DNA from: Candidatus Latescibacterota bacterium
GTDB lineage: Bacteria; Latescibacterota; UBA2968; UBA8231
Length of the DNA: 64,000 nt
Assembly: GCA_965217585.1 (NCBI GenBank)
Contig: OZ244561.1
Span: 2,336,001-2,400,000, forward strand
Direction: 5' to 3'
This document shows, piece after piece, positions 21,327 to 31,284 of the stretch (position 1 is its first letter; the number at the start of each line of letters is the position of its first letter). The notes beneath the pieces were generated by a model that saw nothing but the letters and a program-made list of their open reading frames with translations, searched no databases and had not been told where the DNA came from. A program made the translations under genes and the position numbers.

Positions 21327-22220
21327 TCAATGGACATCCACGCCCACCTTTTGCGCCAACTCGTGAATGTAATTGCGCGCCCGAGTGTTTTCCCAGTCTG
21401 TGTCGGGGTAATTGACGTACACCGGCGAGGCGACCGTCCCCGAAACGCCGACATCTCGGTAGTGCTCTATGGTGAGCAGCACGTCCTCGTCCAGTTCGCC
21501 CAAGCGTTTCAGATAGGTCTCGTAGTCGAGCTGGCCCATCCCTATGGGGACCTCGTCGAGTTTGGTCACCCAATGGGAAGTATCCAAGGACACATCCTTG
21601 GCGTGGGCCGCGATAATGTCCGAGCCTAACAAATCGAAGGTGGAGTCGAGGAAGGCCGTGGTATTGTAATAGGTCCGGTGGGTGGTCATATTGACCGGGT
21701 CGAGGATCACTTTGAGCCTCGGCGAGGCCACGTCGTCGAGCAAGCGGCGCAGTTGCGCGGGCGCATCGAGCGGGCCGCGATTACCGGGGTGGACACCCAA
21801 ATCGACGCCTAGGTTTTCGGCGTCGGCCGCCACTTCGGCCATGCCCTGTACCAGCCGGTGCCAGACCTCGTCGGACCACAGGTCGCCTTCTTCGGGACCG
21901 TTGGCAATGACGCTGACGCCGACGCAGTGGGCCTTGAGGGCACGGGCGGCGCGAAAACCTTGGGACAAGGATTCGCTGGCTTCTCGGCGGATATCGGGAT
22001 CGAGGTTAGCTAGAGGCCAGCCACAGTGGTACAGAGTGACTTCGCCGACAAAGCAGCCCTGTGCTTCGACCGCGGCTCGGCACCGCTGCCATTGTTCCGG
22101 GTGCCAGTTGTGCGCGGCGATATGGCCGAGTCCTTTGACGCCTATACGGGCGAGGCGCTGCAAAGTCTCGTCGATGTTGTCGGGGTTGACGCCGCTCCAG
22201 AATCCCACGCCCAAGCGCAT
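21327..22220 (-). CDS. Sugar phosphate isomerase/epimerase (xylose isomerase-like TIM barrel)
   Basis: LDPVN, AHAKD, GMGQLDY, IEH metal ligands. Confidence 0.85.
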   Translation of the reverse strand: MRLGVGFWSGVNPDNIDETLQRLARIGVKGLGHIAAHNWHPEQWQRCRAAVEAQGCFVGEVTLYHCGWPLANLDPDIRREASESLSQGFRAARALKAHCVGVSVIANGPEEGDLWSDEVWHRLVQGMAEVAADAENLGVDLGVHPGNRGPLDAPAQLRRLLDDVASPRLKVILDPVNMTTHRTYYNTTAFLDSTFDLLGSDIIAAHAKDVSLDTSHWVTKLDEVPIGMGQLDYETYLKRLGELDEDVLLTIEHYRDVGVSGTVASPVYVNYPDTDWENTRARNYIHELAQKVGVDVH

Positions 22221-22497
22221 AGTTTGTACCCTCTGTTGGAATTGGACCTAATATTGCGCGATTGGTCACCAGAGACAAGCCAGGTAGGGGGAGCGGCTTA
22301 CTCGCTTTCGGTGCGACTGCAACCAGAGGATCGCGGCGTTTGACTTTCTGCGCGAAAATATCTTGAATACCGAGTTGCCCTCAGCGCACTAAGTGCTCTG
22401 CGGACAAACTGCATTTTTCGCTGGGTAGCCCACGCGGTCACCCAACATCCAAGGGCTATCGAACCCAAAAAGCCAGCTAAAAGGAGGACTGAGTTCC

Positions 22498-23337
22498 ATG
22501 AGCGAGTCAAAGAGCGATGCAACATATACGATGGGACGCACCCAGGAGGAAGAGGATCGTCTGATTCAGCAGTCGCAACTGTACGACGCCGTAACGCGGC
22601 GCTTTTTTAGAGAAGCGGGCATCAGCAGCGGGATGAAGGTGCTCGACATTGGCAGTGGCCCTGGGGACGTGGCCCTGACAGCCGCCGAGTTGGTCGGGCC
22701 AGAAGGAGCCGTCGTGGGCGTGGATGTAAATCCGGCGATTCTCGAAACGGCGCAGGCACGGGCGCAGGCAGCCGGATTTACCAACGTCGAACTCGTCGCG
22801 GGGGACGCCCGGACCCTAGACATAGGAAACGATTTCGACGCCATAACCGGCCGGCTAGTCCTCATGTACATGGCCGACCCCGCCGACGCCCTGAAACAAC
22901 TAGCGACCCGCTTGCGTCCGGGAGGAATCGCAGCCTTTCAGGAAGCTGATTTTACCCCGTATCAGCAAATGCCTCACTCTCCAGATACGCCCCTAGCAAA
23001 CGAGCTGATCGGTTGGATCCTCGAAGTATTCGAGCGTTCTGGGGCGCATATCGACATGGGCTTCAACCTGTATCGCGCTTTTGTCGAGGCGGGCCTGCCC
23101 GAGCCATACATGCATTGCGAGTATCCGGTCGGCGGTCCAGATGGTTGGGCTGGATATCAATACGCTGCCAACAGCTTGCGCAGCGTACTCCCACTCCTCG
23201 AACAGTACGGGATCACCACAGCGGAAGAACTTGACGTGGACACCCTAGCCGAGCGGGTTCGGCAAGAAGTGGTGACGTCGAAACGCCCGATTCGCTTAGC
23301 GCCCCATGTAACCGCTTGGGCACAGCTTGCGAGCTAA
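22498..23337 (+). CDS. Class I SAM-dependent methyltransferase
   Basis: VLDIGSGPG, VGVDVN, LRPGG; RBS GGAGG. Confidence 0.9.
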   Translation: MSESKSDATYTMGRTQEEEDRLIQQSQLYDAVTRRFFREAGISSGMKVLDIGSGPGDVALTAAELVGPEGAVVGVDVNPAILETAQARAQAAGFTNVELVAGDARTLDIGNDFDAITGRLVLMYMADPADALKQLATRLRPGGIAAFQEADFTPYQQMPHSPDTPLANELIGWILEVFERSGAHIDMGFNLYRAFVEAGLPEPYMHCEYPVGGPDGWAGYQYAANSLRSVLPLLEQYGITTAEELDVDTLAERVRQEVVTSKRPIRLAPHVTAWAQLAS

Positions 23338-23340
23338 ATA

Positions 23341-24417
23341 ATGAGCAAGTGGAAAATCGCCGGGATCAACTTCGACCATCTGCACATGGGCGACAATTTG
23401 CGCATGGCCTTTGAGCACTCAGATGTCGAGATCGTCGGCATCTGCGACGAGCAGCCCGAGCGCATGAAACAGGCGTGCGAGGATTTCGCCATTCCAGCCG
23501 ACCGGGTTTTCAGCGACTACCGGGCGTGTCTGGAAAAGACCCGGCCGGACATCGTCCTTTTGTGCCCGGCCACCGCCGAACACGGGGAGTGGACCGAAAA
23601 GGTCGCGCCTTTCGGCGTGCATATTATCATGGAAAAGCCCTTCGCCGCCACCCTCGCCGAGGCAGATCGGATGCAGCAAGCCATGGAGGGGACGGGCAAA
23701 CTGTTGGCGATCAACTGGCCGCTGGCTTGGTATCCACCGCACCGCACGGCACAACGGCTCATCGCCGCAGGCGAGATCGGCGAGGTGATCGAAGTCCACT
23801 ACTACGACGGCAACCGAGGACCGCTGTGGCACCTCGCCGACAAAGTGGAGCGCACCGCCGACGTCGTCGAGCGCGAAAAGCCCACGAGTTGGTTTTACAA
23901 AAAGGCCGCGGGCGGTGGCTCCCTGCTGGACTACCTAGGCTACGGCACCACACTGGGCACCTGGTACATGGACGGCCAAGCACCAATTGAGGTAACTGCC
24001 ACCGTAGATCAGCCCCAAGGGCTCGAAGTAGATGAGCACTGCATTGCAGTGGCGCGCTACGAGCGGGGCCTGTCGAAATTCGAGACGCGCTGGGGCACTT
24101 TTACCGACCCCTGGACCCTGCAACCCCAACCCAAGTGCGGCTTCGCGATCGTCGGCAGCGAGGGCACGATCACTTCCTACGACTACGAGGAGGTAATCCG
24201 CGTGCAGACGCGGGCGCGGCCAGCAACCGAGGAACGGCCGGTGGACGCGCTCGAACCGCCCTTCCAGAATCCCGTCCAGTACGTGATTCACTGCATCGAA
24301 GAGAACCAACCCATTGAGGGACCGCTCTCGCCGGCACTGTGCCGCATCGGCCAACAGATCGTCGATACTGCCTACCAGAGCGCCGCGCAGAAGCGCACGT
24401 TACCTCTAATTCAATAG
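23341..24417 (+). CDS. Gfo/Idh/MocA oxidoreductase
   Basis: MEKP motif, GGGSLLDY. Confidence 0.88.
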   Translation: MSKWKIAGINFDHLHMGDNLRMAFEHSDVEIVGICDEQPERMKQACEDFAIPADRVFSDYRACLEKTRPDIVLLCPATAEHGEWTEKVAPFGVHIIMEKPFAATLAEADRMQQAMEGTGKLLAINWPLAWYPPHRTAQRLIAAGEIGEVIEVHYYDGNRGPLWHLADKVERTADVVEREKPTSWFYKKAAGGGSLLDYLGYGTTLGTWYMDGQAPIEVTATVDQPQGLEVDEHCIAVARYERGLSKFETRWGTFTDPWTLQPQPKCGFAIVGSEGTITSYDYEEVIRVQTRARPATEERPVDALEPPFQNPVQYVIHCIEENQPIEGPLSPALCRIGQQIVDTAYQSAAQKRTLPLIQ

Positions 24418-24419
24418 CT

Positions 24420-25538
24420 ATGGCAGAAAGCCAAGACAGCGGCTATGGCCGAGGCAAGACTGGATCAGAAGCAGAAGTAGCAGCCCCGGACTTGCCCTAC
24501 CAGCCGCGTGATCCGGTGACCTATCGTCCGCAGATTGGCCTAATCGGCTGCGGCGGCATCTCCGAGATGCACTTGCGGGCCTATAAAAACGCCGGCTATG
24601 AGGTCGCGGCCCTGTGCAGCCGCGATCGGGGACGCGTCGAGCAGCGGCAGCGGGAATTCTACCCGGCGGCCGACACCTACCTCGACTATCGAGAGTTGCT
24701 CGCCCGCGACGATATCGAAGTGGTGGACCTTACACCCCATCCGCAAGAGCGGCTGCCGATCCTCGAAGCGGCTATTGACGCTGGTAAACACGTCCTCAGC
24801 CAGAAGCCTTTTGTGCTCAACTTGGATGTGGGCGAGGCGCTCATTGCACGGGCCGAGCGGCGCGGCGTGCAACTGGCCGTCAACCAGAATGGCCGCTGGG
24901 CACCGCATTTTAGCTACATGCGCCACGCGGTGGCCGCTGGCTTGGTCGGCCAAGTGCAGAGCGTCGAGTTCGCCGTGCATTGGGACCACAACTGGATCGC
25001 CGGCTCTGCCTTTGACGCGGTGGAAGATCTGGTGCTCTACGACTTTGGGATGCACTGGTTCGATATGGCGGCGGTGCTCTTAGGCAGCGAGACGCCGCAA
25101 AGGGTCCACGCTTCGGCCCGGCACGCAGCCGGTCAGGGAGCCAAACCGCCGCTTTTGGCCCAAGCGGCGATTGAGTGCGCGGGAGCGCAGGCAACGATCT
25201 TTCTCAACGGCAACACTCGCCAGGGACAACAGGACCGCACTTATTTGGTCGGCACGGAGGGCACGATAGAGGCCAGCGGCGTAGATCTGACAGCGCAGGA
25301 AGTCGCGCTATACACCGCAGCGGGCGTGGCCCGACCGCAGCTTGTGGGGACGTGGTTTGAGCAGGGGTTTCACGGGACCATGGGCGAACTGCTCTGCGCC
25401 GTCGAGGAAGGCCGCGAACCCAACAACAGCGCCCGCGCGAATCTCGCGAGCTTGGCGCTGTGCTTTGCAGCCGTGGCCAGCGCCCACCGTGGTGAGCCGG
25501 TGGTGCCGGGAGCGGTGCGGCGACTGCCCGGCCATTGA
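24420..25538 (+). CDS. Gfo/Idh/MocA oxidoreductase
   Basis: IGLIGCGGI, GKHVLSQKP, DFGMHWFD. Confidence 0.88.
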   Translation: MAESQDSGYGRGKTGSEAEVAAPDLPYQPRDPVTYRPQIGLIGCGGISEMHLRAYKNAGYEVAALCSRDRGRVEQRQREFYPAADTYLDYRELLARDDIEVVDLTPHPQERLPILEAAIDAGKHVLSQKPFVLNLDVGEALIARAERRGVQLAVNQNGRWAPHFSYMRHAVAAGLVGQVQSVEFAVHWDHNWIAGSAFDAVEDLVLYDFGMHWFDMAAVLLGSETPQRVHASARHAAGQGAKPPLLAQAAIECAGAQATIFLNGNTRQGQQDRTYLVGTEGTIEASGVDLTAQEVALYTAAGVARPQLVGTWFEQGFHGTMGELLCAVEEGREPNNSARANLASLALCFAAVASAHRGEPVVPGAVRRLPGH

Positions 25539-25614
25539 GCCGCCTACACTTTTGCCGCCTTGCAGTCCGCCCTCAGTACTGGGGGCGCGACGGCAATTCT
25601 CTTGGAGGTTTTCT

Positions 25615-26463
25615 ATGGATTCGACCTGCCTGCAACACACCTTGACCGAGGAGGAGCGCCGCCAATTTGCGGAGGACGGCTTCTTCATCGTCCGCGATGT
25701 GCTACCTCTGGATTTGGTAGCACAGCTCATCCCCATCGTCGATCGACTCGCTGCCGAGTACCGGCCGAAAAAGGGGCTGGAAAAGCACCAGATGCACAAC
25801 TTGTTCGACTTTATCGGCAAAGACGAACTCTTTCTGGAGTTGCTCGACTGGCCAAAGACGTTCGCCAAGGTCTTTGGGATTTTGGGCTGGCATATTCAGC
25901 TCTACCACTCGCACTTGATCGTTACTCCGCCTTTAGACGGCGTCACACCCAAACGCAAGCGGCTAGGCTGGCATCAAGACAGCGGACGGCTCAACCTCGA
26001 CCTGGAGACTCATCCCCGACCGAGGGTCTCGCTTAAGGTGGCGTATTTTCTCACGGACTGCACCGAGACCAATCGCGGCAACTTCCACGCCGTGCCCGGC
26101 TCGCACCTGAAAAACAAGCTGGAAATGCCAACGGACGAAGACTTAAACCCAGCGGGCGCGGTGCCGATTCAAGTGGCGGCGGGTGACGCGGTCTTTTTCG
26201 ACCGGCGGATTTGGCATGCGGCCGGCCACAACTTCTCGCCCGACGCGCGCAGGGCGCTGTTTTACGGCTATAGCTACCGTTGGTTGCGGCCACGCGACGA
26301 CATGACGGTAGAGCACCTGATGGACCGCTGCGATCCGATCCGGCAGCAACTACTCGGTGCCGGCCCGAGCGGCGGGCACGGCTACACTTCGCCGAAAGAA
26401 GAAGACGTGCCGCTGAGAGAGTGGATTCGCGAGCATCTGGGTGACGAAGCGGTGGTGCAGTAA
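25615..26463 (+). CDS. PhyH family Fe/2OG dioxygenase
   Basis: WHQDS, VPGSH, GDAVFFDRRIWHA; ATG after GGAGG. Confidence 0.9.
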   Translation: MDSTCLQHTLTEEERRQFAEDGFFIVRDVLPLDLVAQLIPIVDRLAAEYRPKKGLEKHQMHNLFDFIGKDELFLELLDWPKTFAKVFGILGWHIQLYHSHLIVTPPLDGVTPKRKRLGWHQDSGRLNLDLETHPRPRVSLKVAYFLTDCTETNRGNFHAVPGSHLKNKLEMPTDEDLNPAGAVPIQVAAGDAVFFDRRIWHAAGHNFSPDARRALFYGYSYRWLRPRDDMTVEHLMDRCDPIRQQLLGAGPSGGHGYTSPKEEDVPLREWIREHLGDEAVVQ

Positions 26464-26546
26464 ATCCAAAGACTAATATGTCTGACCTAGCTGATCGGGG
26501 TACTGCTCTTGTTCTGATTGCTTGAATATCCAATAAGCCATCACAT

Positions 26547-27482
26547 CTAGTATTCTCTGTTTACAACCCAGTCTATTCTCGGCTCTAGCCAGTTAATCAA
26601 GTCATGGCGAAGGGTATCCGGCACCCATTTACTCTCAGATACGTCATGTGCAAGTAGTCTGTACCGATCAAGGAGTAGACCGCCGGCCCGGTTGCTCTGC
26701 CGACGCATCTCTCTATCATCAAGGGAAAAAGGAAGCGAGAATGCCTTGCTGGGAACTGCCGCGAAATCGATGATTTTTGTCCACTCGTTTATGTTGGGCT
26801 TGCCAACTTTGTCGACCCAGTTCTTTCCACTGGCGCACTGGGCAAGGTACACCGGAGCACCACCTCGACTATCGGCAAAAGGCAGATGCCATACTAGATC
26901 GACTCCAGCTTCATTCGCTTGGTCGGAGGCATAGTCATCGACATATCCTATCGGCTCGTTGATGTGCGACGTGATCTTACGTACGACATCCGGCAGCTTC
27001 GAAGTCTCGTCTTTCCTCCAACCCGTATGGAGAAATTGCCACCCACTAAACCGCACTTCCATCGCAGTCTTTGTGACAAGCTCAAACAACTCGCCTTGCT
27101 CTGTGTAGTCTGGCCCAAAATAGTCCTCCCAGCCGTCGTACCGCGGTCCAAAGGACACAACCAGGCAAAAACTATGGGCTGGGACTTCTTTCCAGTCCGA
27201 GCACCTCATCATCCACCTGTCATCGAAGCTAATGGGGGAGTGACAACCAAGCCATGATAAGCGGCCTTTAAGGTCAGCCCATCTAGACGAGACATATGCT
27301 GACGCGAAATCTTGGTCGTCGTATAGCTGTTCTTCGATCAGGTACTCAATGATGTCTGTCGGCGAGAGTTCCTCCTCAGCGATCAACGTAGTTGCCTCCA
27401 CCCAATCAAGAAACGTCTCATCATCAATGTTATGGGCATTTACCGACCGTTGAAATCCGCGAGGAATGCTAAGCATCGTCAT
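26547..27482 (-). CDS. Putative restriction-endonuclease-fold protein
   Basis: GELFELV helix, AGVDLV...LAQCASG resembles a PD-(D/E)xK/Mrr-like core; third gene of the methyltransferase cluster; start approximate. Confidence 0.5.
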   Translation of the reverse strand: MTMLSIPRGFQRSVNAHNIDDETFLDWVEATTLIAEEELSPTDIIEYLIEEQLYDDQDFASAYVSSRWADLKGRLSWLGCHSPISFDDRWMMRCSDWKEVPAHSFCLVVSFGPRYDGWEDYFGPDYTEQGELFELVTKTAMEVRFSGWQFLHTGWRKDETSKLPDVVRKITSHINEPIGYVDDYASDQANEAGVDLVWHLPFADSRGGAPVYLAQCASGKNWVDKVGKPNINEWTKIIDFAAVPSKAFSLPFSLDDREMRRQSNRAGGLLLDRYRLLAHDVSESKWVPDTLRHDLINWLEPRIDWVVNREY

Positions 27483-28596
27483 CAGTGCCTCGTCGCATTC
27501 CGATTTTCTCTGCAATGCTAGGGAACTTCAACACAAGCTCTTTGGCATTCAGGGCTAGGCGTAGCATCGCTTTCTGAATTGACTCCGAATCAAGATGTAG
27601 ATGCACTCGACTTAGAGCGAGTTCCATTTGATTACTTGCTTCCTTGAGCTGATTTTCGATCTCCTCATCCTCTATGCCGGCTTTCTGTAAGGCCAACTCA
27701 AAGCTGGGATCAGGAACTGATCGAAGGTACTCTATGGCTTGATCGCTTGACAGAATGCGAGCAAAATTCCCAACATCTCGGGAATCTGTAAATAGGGGCT
27801 TGCTACTGTTAGATCCGAACAGCCACGCCACAAAGTCTGATAGGTTCTTCGTGTTGTCCTCAGGAACAGGTGTCTGAGCTTCTTCAGGCTCAGCCCTAAT
27901 GTCAACGCCGAGGAAACTCTGGACGCCCGCTTCTCTCAACGAGAGGAAGAGCACACTAAATCGTTTGTCAAGCCCCTCTTCAGATATGTCAATTTCAAGG
28001 TCGTCAATCTGGTGAAGGATTCGATAGGCGATGTAGTTGCGTCGTACGATGTCGGTTCGGCTTCCAATCTGCTTTCGGATGGACTCGTACGACATGTTTT
28101 TCTTATCCACCATCCGCGCGATGAACTCGGCCTTCTCGGCAGGGTCCCACTGTTTGATTCCAGTAACGTGTCTGAAGCCGATAAAGGCAGTGACTTCCTC
28201 GCGTGAGTGAGCAAGTATATAAGGCACCTTAGTAAATAGATTGTTGTCCGGCTGAACTCCTTCGGCAAGTTGTCTCCATATCCGTGGCACCGGTTCGCCA
28301 GCTACCGCCTTCTTCAGGTATTTAAGTGCTGCAATACGGCGATTGCCTTCTACTACCACTAGCGTGCTAGGTCGCCCATACAACTCCTCTGCCACAACTA
28401 TAACGGCTTCTTGCGGCCAGAACCCGTTTTCTAGGAAGGAGATTGCCAACTCATCCAGACTCCAAGTTCGCATGAGTTCCATCAGACGTTCCTGAGTCGC
28501 TGATGGCTCTGAACGGGCATCTCCTAACCTCGGATTGCGAGGATCGAGAAAGAGCTTCTCGAGTGCAACAAACTCAATCGAGTGCGATGGTGACAT
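27469..28596 (-). CDS. ParB/Sulfiredoxin N-terminal domain protein
   Basis: LFLDPRNPRL, LAISFLENGF, VVVEGNRRIAALK. Confidence 0.75.
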   Translation of the reverse strand: MSPSHSIEFVALEKLFLDPRNPRLGDARSEPSATQERLMELMRTWSLDELAISFLENGFWPQEAVIVVAEELYGRPSTLVVVEGNRRIAALKYLKKAVAGEPVPRIWRQLAEGVQPDNNLFTKVPYILAHSREEVTAFIGFRHVTGIKQWDPAEKAEFIARMVDKKNMSYESIRKQIGSRTDIVRRNYIAYRILHQIDDLEIDISEEGLDKRFSVLFLSLREAGVQSFLGVDIRAEPEEAQTPVPEDNTKNLSDFVAWLFGSNSSKPLFTDSRDVGNFARILSSDQAIEYLRSVPDPSFELALQKAGIEDEEIENQLKEASNQMELALSRVHLHLDSESIQKAMLRLALNAKELVLKFPSIAEKIGMRRGTDDDA

Positions 28597-28732
28597 AGCT
28601 CTTGCCTTTCTTCAGAAAATACATACCAAATACCGAGGCTTATAGCTCGGCCTCCTGTAAATCGCATATACGCCAACGGCCGGTCGAACGTCTATCGTTA
28701 TGTGATTGTTAGAAACAACCATATGAACACCC

Positions 28733-30100
28733 TTAGTCAATGCTGACAGTAGTTGGGTGTCTTATGCTTTCGACGTTAGTCTCTCTGGTCCGGAGAAGTC
28801 TTGTGGCAATCTCGTGAACGACATCAACATGTACCGCGTTTCCTAACGCCTTGAATGTCGAAGTCCTAGAGGCCGGAACGTGAAAGTCGTCTGGAAAGCC
28901 CTGTAAGCGCAGTCCCTCGGTCCGTGACAGGTGTCGTTGTTCTGGACCGAGGATAGGGATCTGCGTGTTAGTCATTGCGACTAGCGATGGACTGTTCGCG
29001 TATCTCTTGACGCGCAGCCCGGAAGGCCTGAACTGAAGGATATGTTTCCAGAGATCCCTCTGCTCACCCTGGCAGTTCCACTCAAGCTTGCGGAGGGAGG
29101 GCGGAAATGTGCGAAGGCCACTGATCCATTCTGATGGGAGCTCATCCCGGATCGTGGAAAGCCAAGTCCGGTTAGACTTGATGAATTTCACTTTCCACTG
29201 TGGAAATGTCTCGACCTCTGTGCGTGCGTAGCTGGGCAAAGCCTCAAAGCTCTCTTGGGCAGGAGATTTCCCGTTCCTGCTGAAGGCGGAGCCATTTGTC
29301 GCAGCAAGCACTTGAGCCCATGGAGTGATCTCTTCATAGGAGTAGGTTGCATCAATCTCGTCTCCCCATATCGGAAATGACGGTAGGGCAATCTTCTCTT
29401 CCGGTAGTGCATCTAGGAAAATGTTCCAGTGCTCTATGCAGCGACGGTGCTGGTCCACTATACGTGTCTCATTATGGTCTCTCTCTGACAACTCGTCTCT
29501 GGGCTGGACGATGTGTGCCATGGATGTTGATGCCCTTCGGTTCCTCGGAGGGAAGGTATCCGGCGGGAGGCCCTCAAGCGAAGCAACTGCGAAGAAGCGC
29601 TCTCTGTGATGTGGCCGTCCGATATGGTGTGGGGAGAGCAACCCTGCGCCACCGCTCGTTATATGTTCTGTTCCACTGACCTCATAGCGGAGACTCTCTA
29701 GGCTAGACTTGACGATATGCCATGTTCGTCCTTCGTCGTGCCGTTCAAAGTTCCCAACATTTTCCAAGATCACAAAGCTTGGCCTGTGCGTTTCCAAGAT
29801 CTCTAGTATCTCGTGAAAGAGGGTTCCAGTCGTTTGGTCGCTCAAACCGGCCTGTGCCCCTGACTTCGAGAAAGGTTGGCATGGAAATCCGGCGCACAGC
29901 AAGTCGTGTGGTGGCACATACCCCTTTGAAAGCCGGATGTCTCCATGGATCGGAGGGCCAGCAGGGAAGTTGCGGTTGTACACCTCTTGAAGTTGACTAT
30001 CTATCTCCGAAGCAAAAACACACTCATGTCCGAGTCGCTCAAGAGCAAGTCGAAAACCACCAAGGCCAGCAAACAGATCAATAAATCTCATTGCCAGCAT
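28733..30100 (-). CDS. DNA (cytosine-5)-methyltransferase
   Basis: Motifs FAGLGG, GFPCQ, ENV, RERFF, RLQGFP, GNAV; start 30100 or 30091; specificity unknown. Confidence 0.95.
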   Translation of the reverse strand: MLAMRFIDLFAGLGGFRLALERLGHECVFASEIDSQLQEVYNRNFPAGPPIHGDIRLSKGYVPPHDLLCAGFPCQPFSKSGAQAGLSDQTTGTLFHEILEILETHRPSFVILENVGNFERHDEGRTWHIVKSSLESLRYEVSGTEHITSGGAGLLSPHHIGRPHHRERFFAVASLEGLPPDTFPPRNRRASTSMAHIVQPRDELSERDHNETRIVDQHRRCIEHWNIFLDALPEEKIALPSFPIWGDEIDATYSYEEITPWAQVLAATNGSAFSRNGKSPAQESFEALPSYARTEVETFPQWKVKFIKSNRTWLSTIRDELPSEWISGLRTFPPSLRKLEWNCQGEQRDLWKHILQFRPSGLRVKRYANSPSLVAMTNTQIPILGPEQRHLSRTEGLRLQGFPDDFHVPASRTSTFKALGNAVHVDVVHEIATRLLRTRETNVESIRHPTTVSID

Positions 30101-30778
30101 CCTGATACGAGATAAAAGGATTCGAGGGCGACCAGATCATTGCGCGGTGATCACCAGACGAAACCTGGGCCTTAAGGACAATGCGCAGTCCCTGGCACTC
30201 TGAATCCGGTCCATAGGTTCGTTCGGAGGAGGGGTGAACAGGGTATCTTGTACGCCGACCTCTAACTGGCCACTTTGATGTGCGTTCACGGCAACTGTAA
30301 CCCTCAAGACGACTCTGCTTGTCGCTTATACTGGGCGATAATCTCATTGAGCTTTCTACTAATTGTCTTCCTCCAAGTGCTGCTCGGGCCTTGAGCCATC
30401 GACACAGATACCGGTCAACACGGATATTGGTTGGTCCGGCGCAGCCACGTTGAGACACCACTGAAATACCTCGTTCGCCCTTGTGCATGGAAACTCTACA
30501 GCGACGTAATAAGACACTTTGGGGACCCTCTGTCAAAGCGCTGAAAACACGTAAGGGGCAGGGCAGGTGGCGAACTTGAACTGTGGCTGAGGCGGGCCCC
30601 TCGTCGAGGTCACCATCGGCAGTCCCACTCCGAGCAGATAGCAACGAATCGAAGAAGGAATGGCTTCTAATCAACGTCGTCCTTTGGCCCCGACCGCGCG
30701 CTTGCGGTGCCTGCAAAACGCCCGATGCCAGCGAGACATCGGGCGCTTTGCAGGGGTCGAGGGCAGGGCCTATTTGAG

Positions 30779-31183
30779 TTAAAAGTCGCCGAATCTCAGC
30801 GCCGGGTTGACTGTGATCATAGCTTCCGGCAGTTGCAGCGCGGTAATCGCCGTACCAGCGGTGTACGCTTGGTCTGCGACCGCCCCGGTGAAAGCAAAGG
30901 CCATCCCGCCGTCTTCGATCCTCCTGATTGTGTACGTGGTGCCGTGCAACTTGAAGTCGTCGTCGGATAGAACATTGGAGTTGCTGCACTTTATGCTGAC
31001 GGGGTTACTGTGGGAACAACCGAATTCGTCCTGGGCGGTATTCAGGGTTTTCACGTCCAGATCGGCAGACCAGATGGTCACGTCTTGCGCGGAGGCCGGC
31101 GGCGCGATGACGAGCGAGGCCGCGAAGAGGACGCCGCAGAGGACCGCGGCGAGGGGCCGGTGGCCGGTCGATTTCAAATCCAT
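30779..31183 (-). pseudogene. Truncated secreted surface-protein remnant
   Basis: AAGGAG RBS, signal peptide ending PASAQ, then short Ig-like fragments (VADQAYTAGTAITALQLPEA) and a stop at 134 aa. Confidence 0.5.
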
Positions 31184-31284
31184 GGCAACGTCTCCTTTTC
31201 TATCATGAAGGTCGGTTGAGGACCGCCGGTGCCCGGCTCGACCCCGGTCGAGGAGGAGGCAAGCCGGCGGCCCTCGGGCCGGGT

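Noticed and set aside
28600-28732. Possible attC site between the methyltransferase and ParB-like genes
   Set aside because: TAAC and GTT words are present but there is no convincing inner inverted repeat
30078-30989. 303-aa minus-strand ORF
   Set aside because: No recognisable motifs, Arg/Ser-rich, and spans a compositional junction; likely spurious
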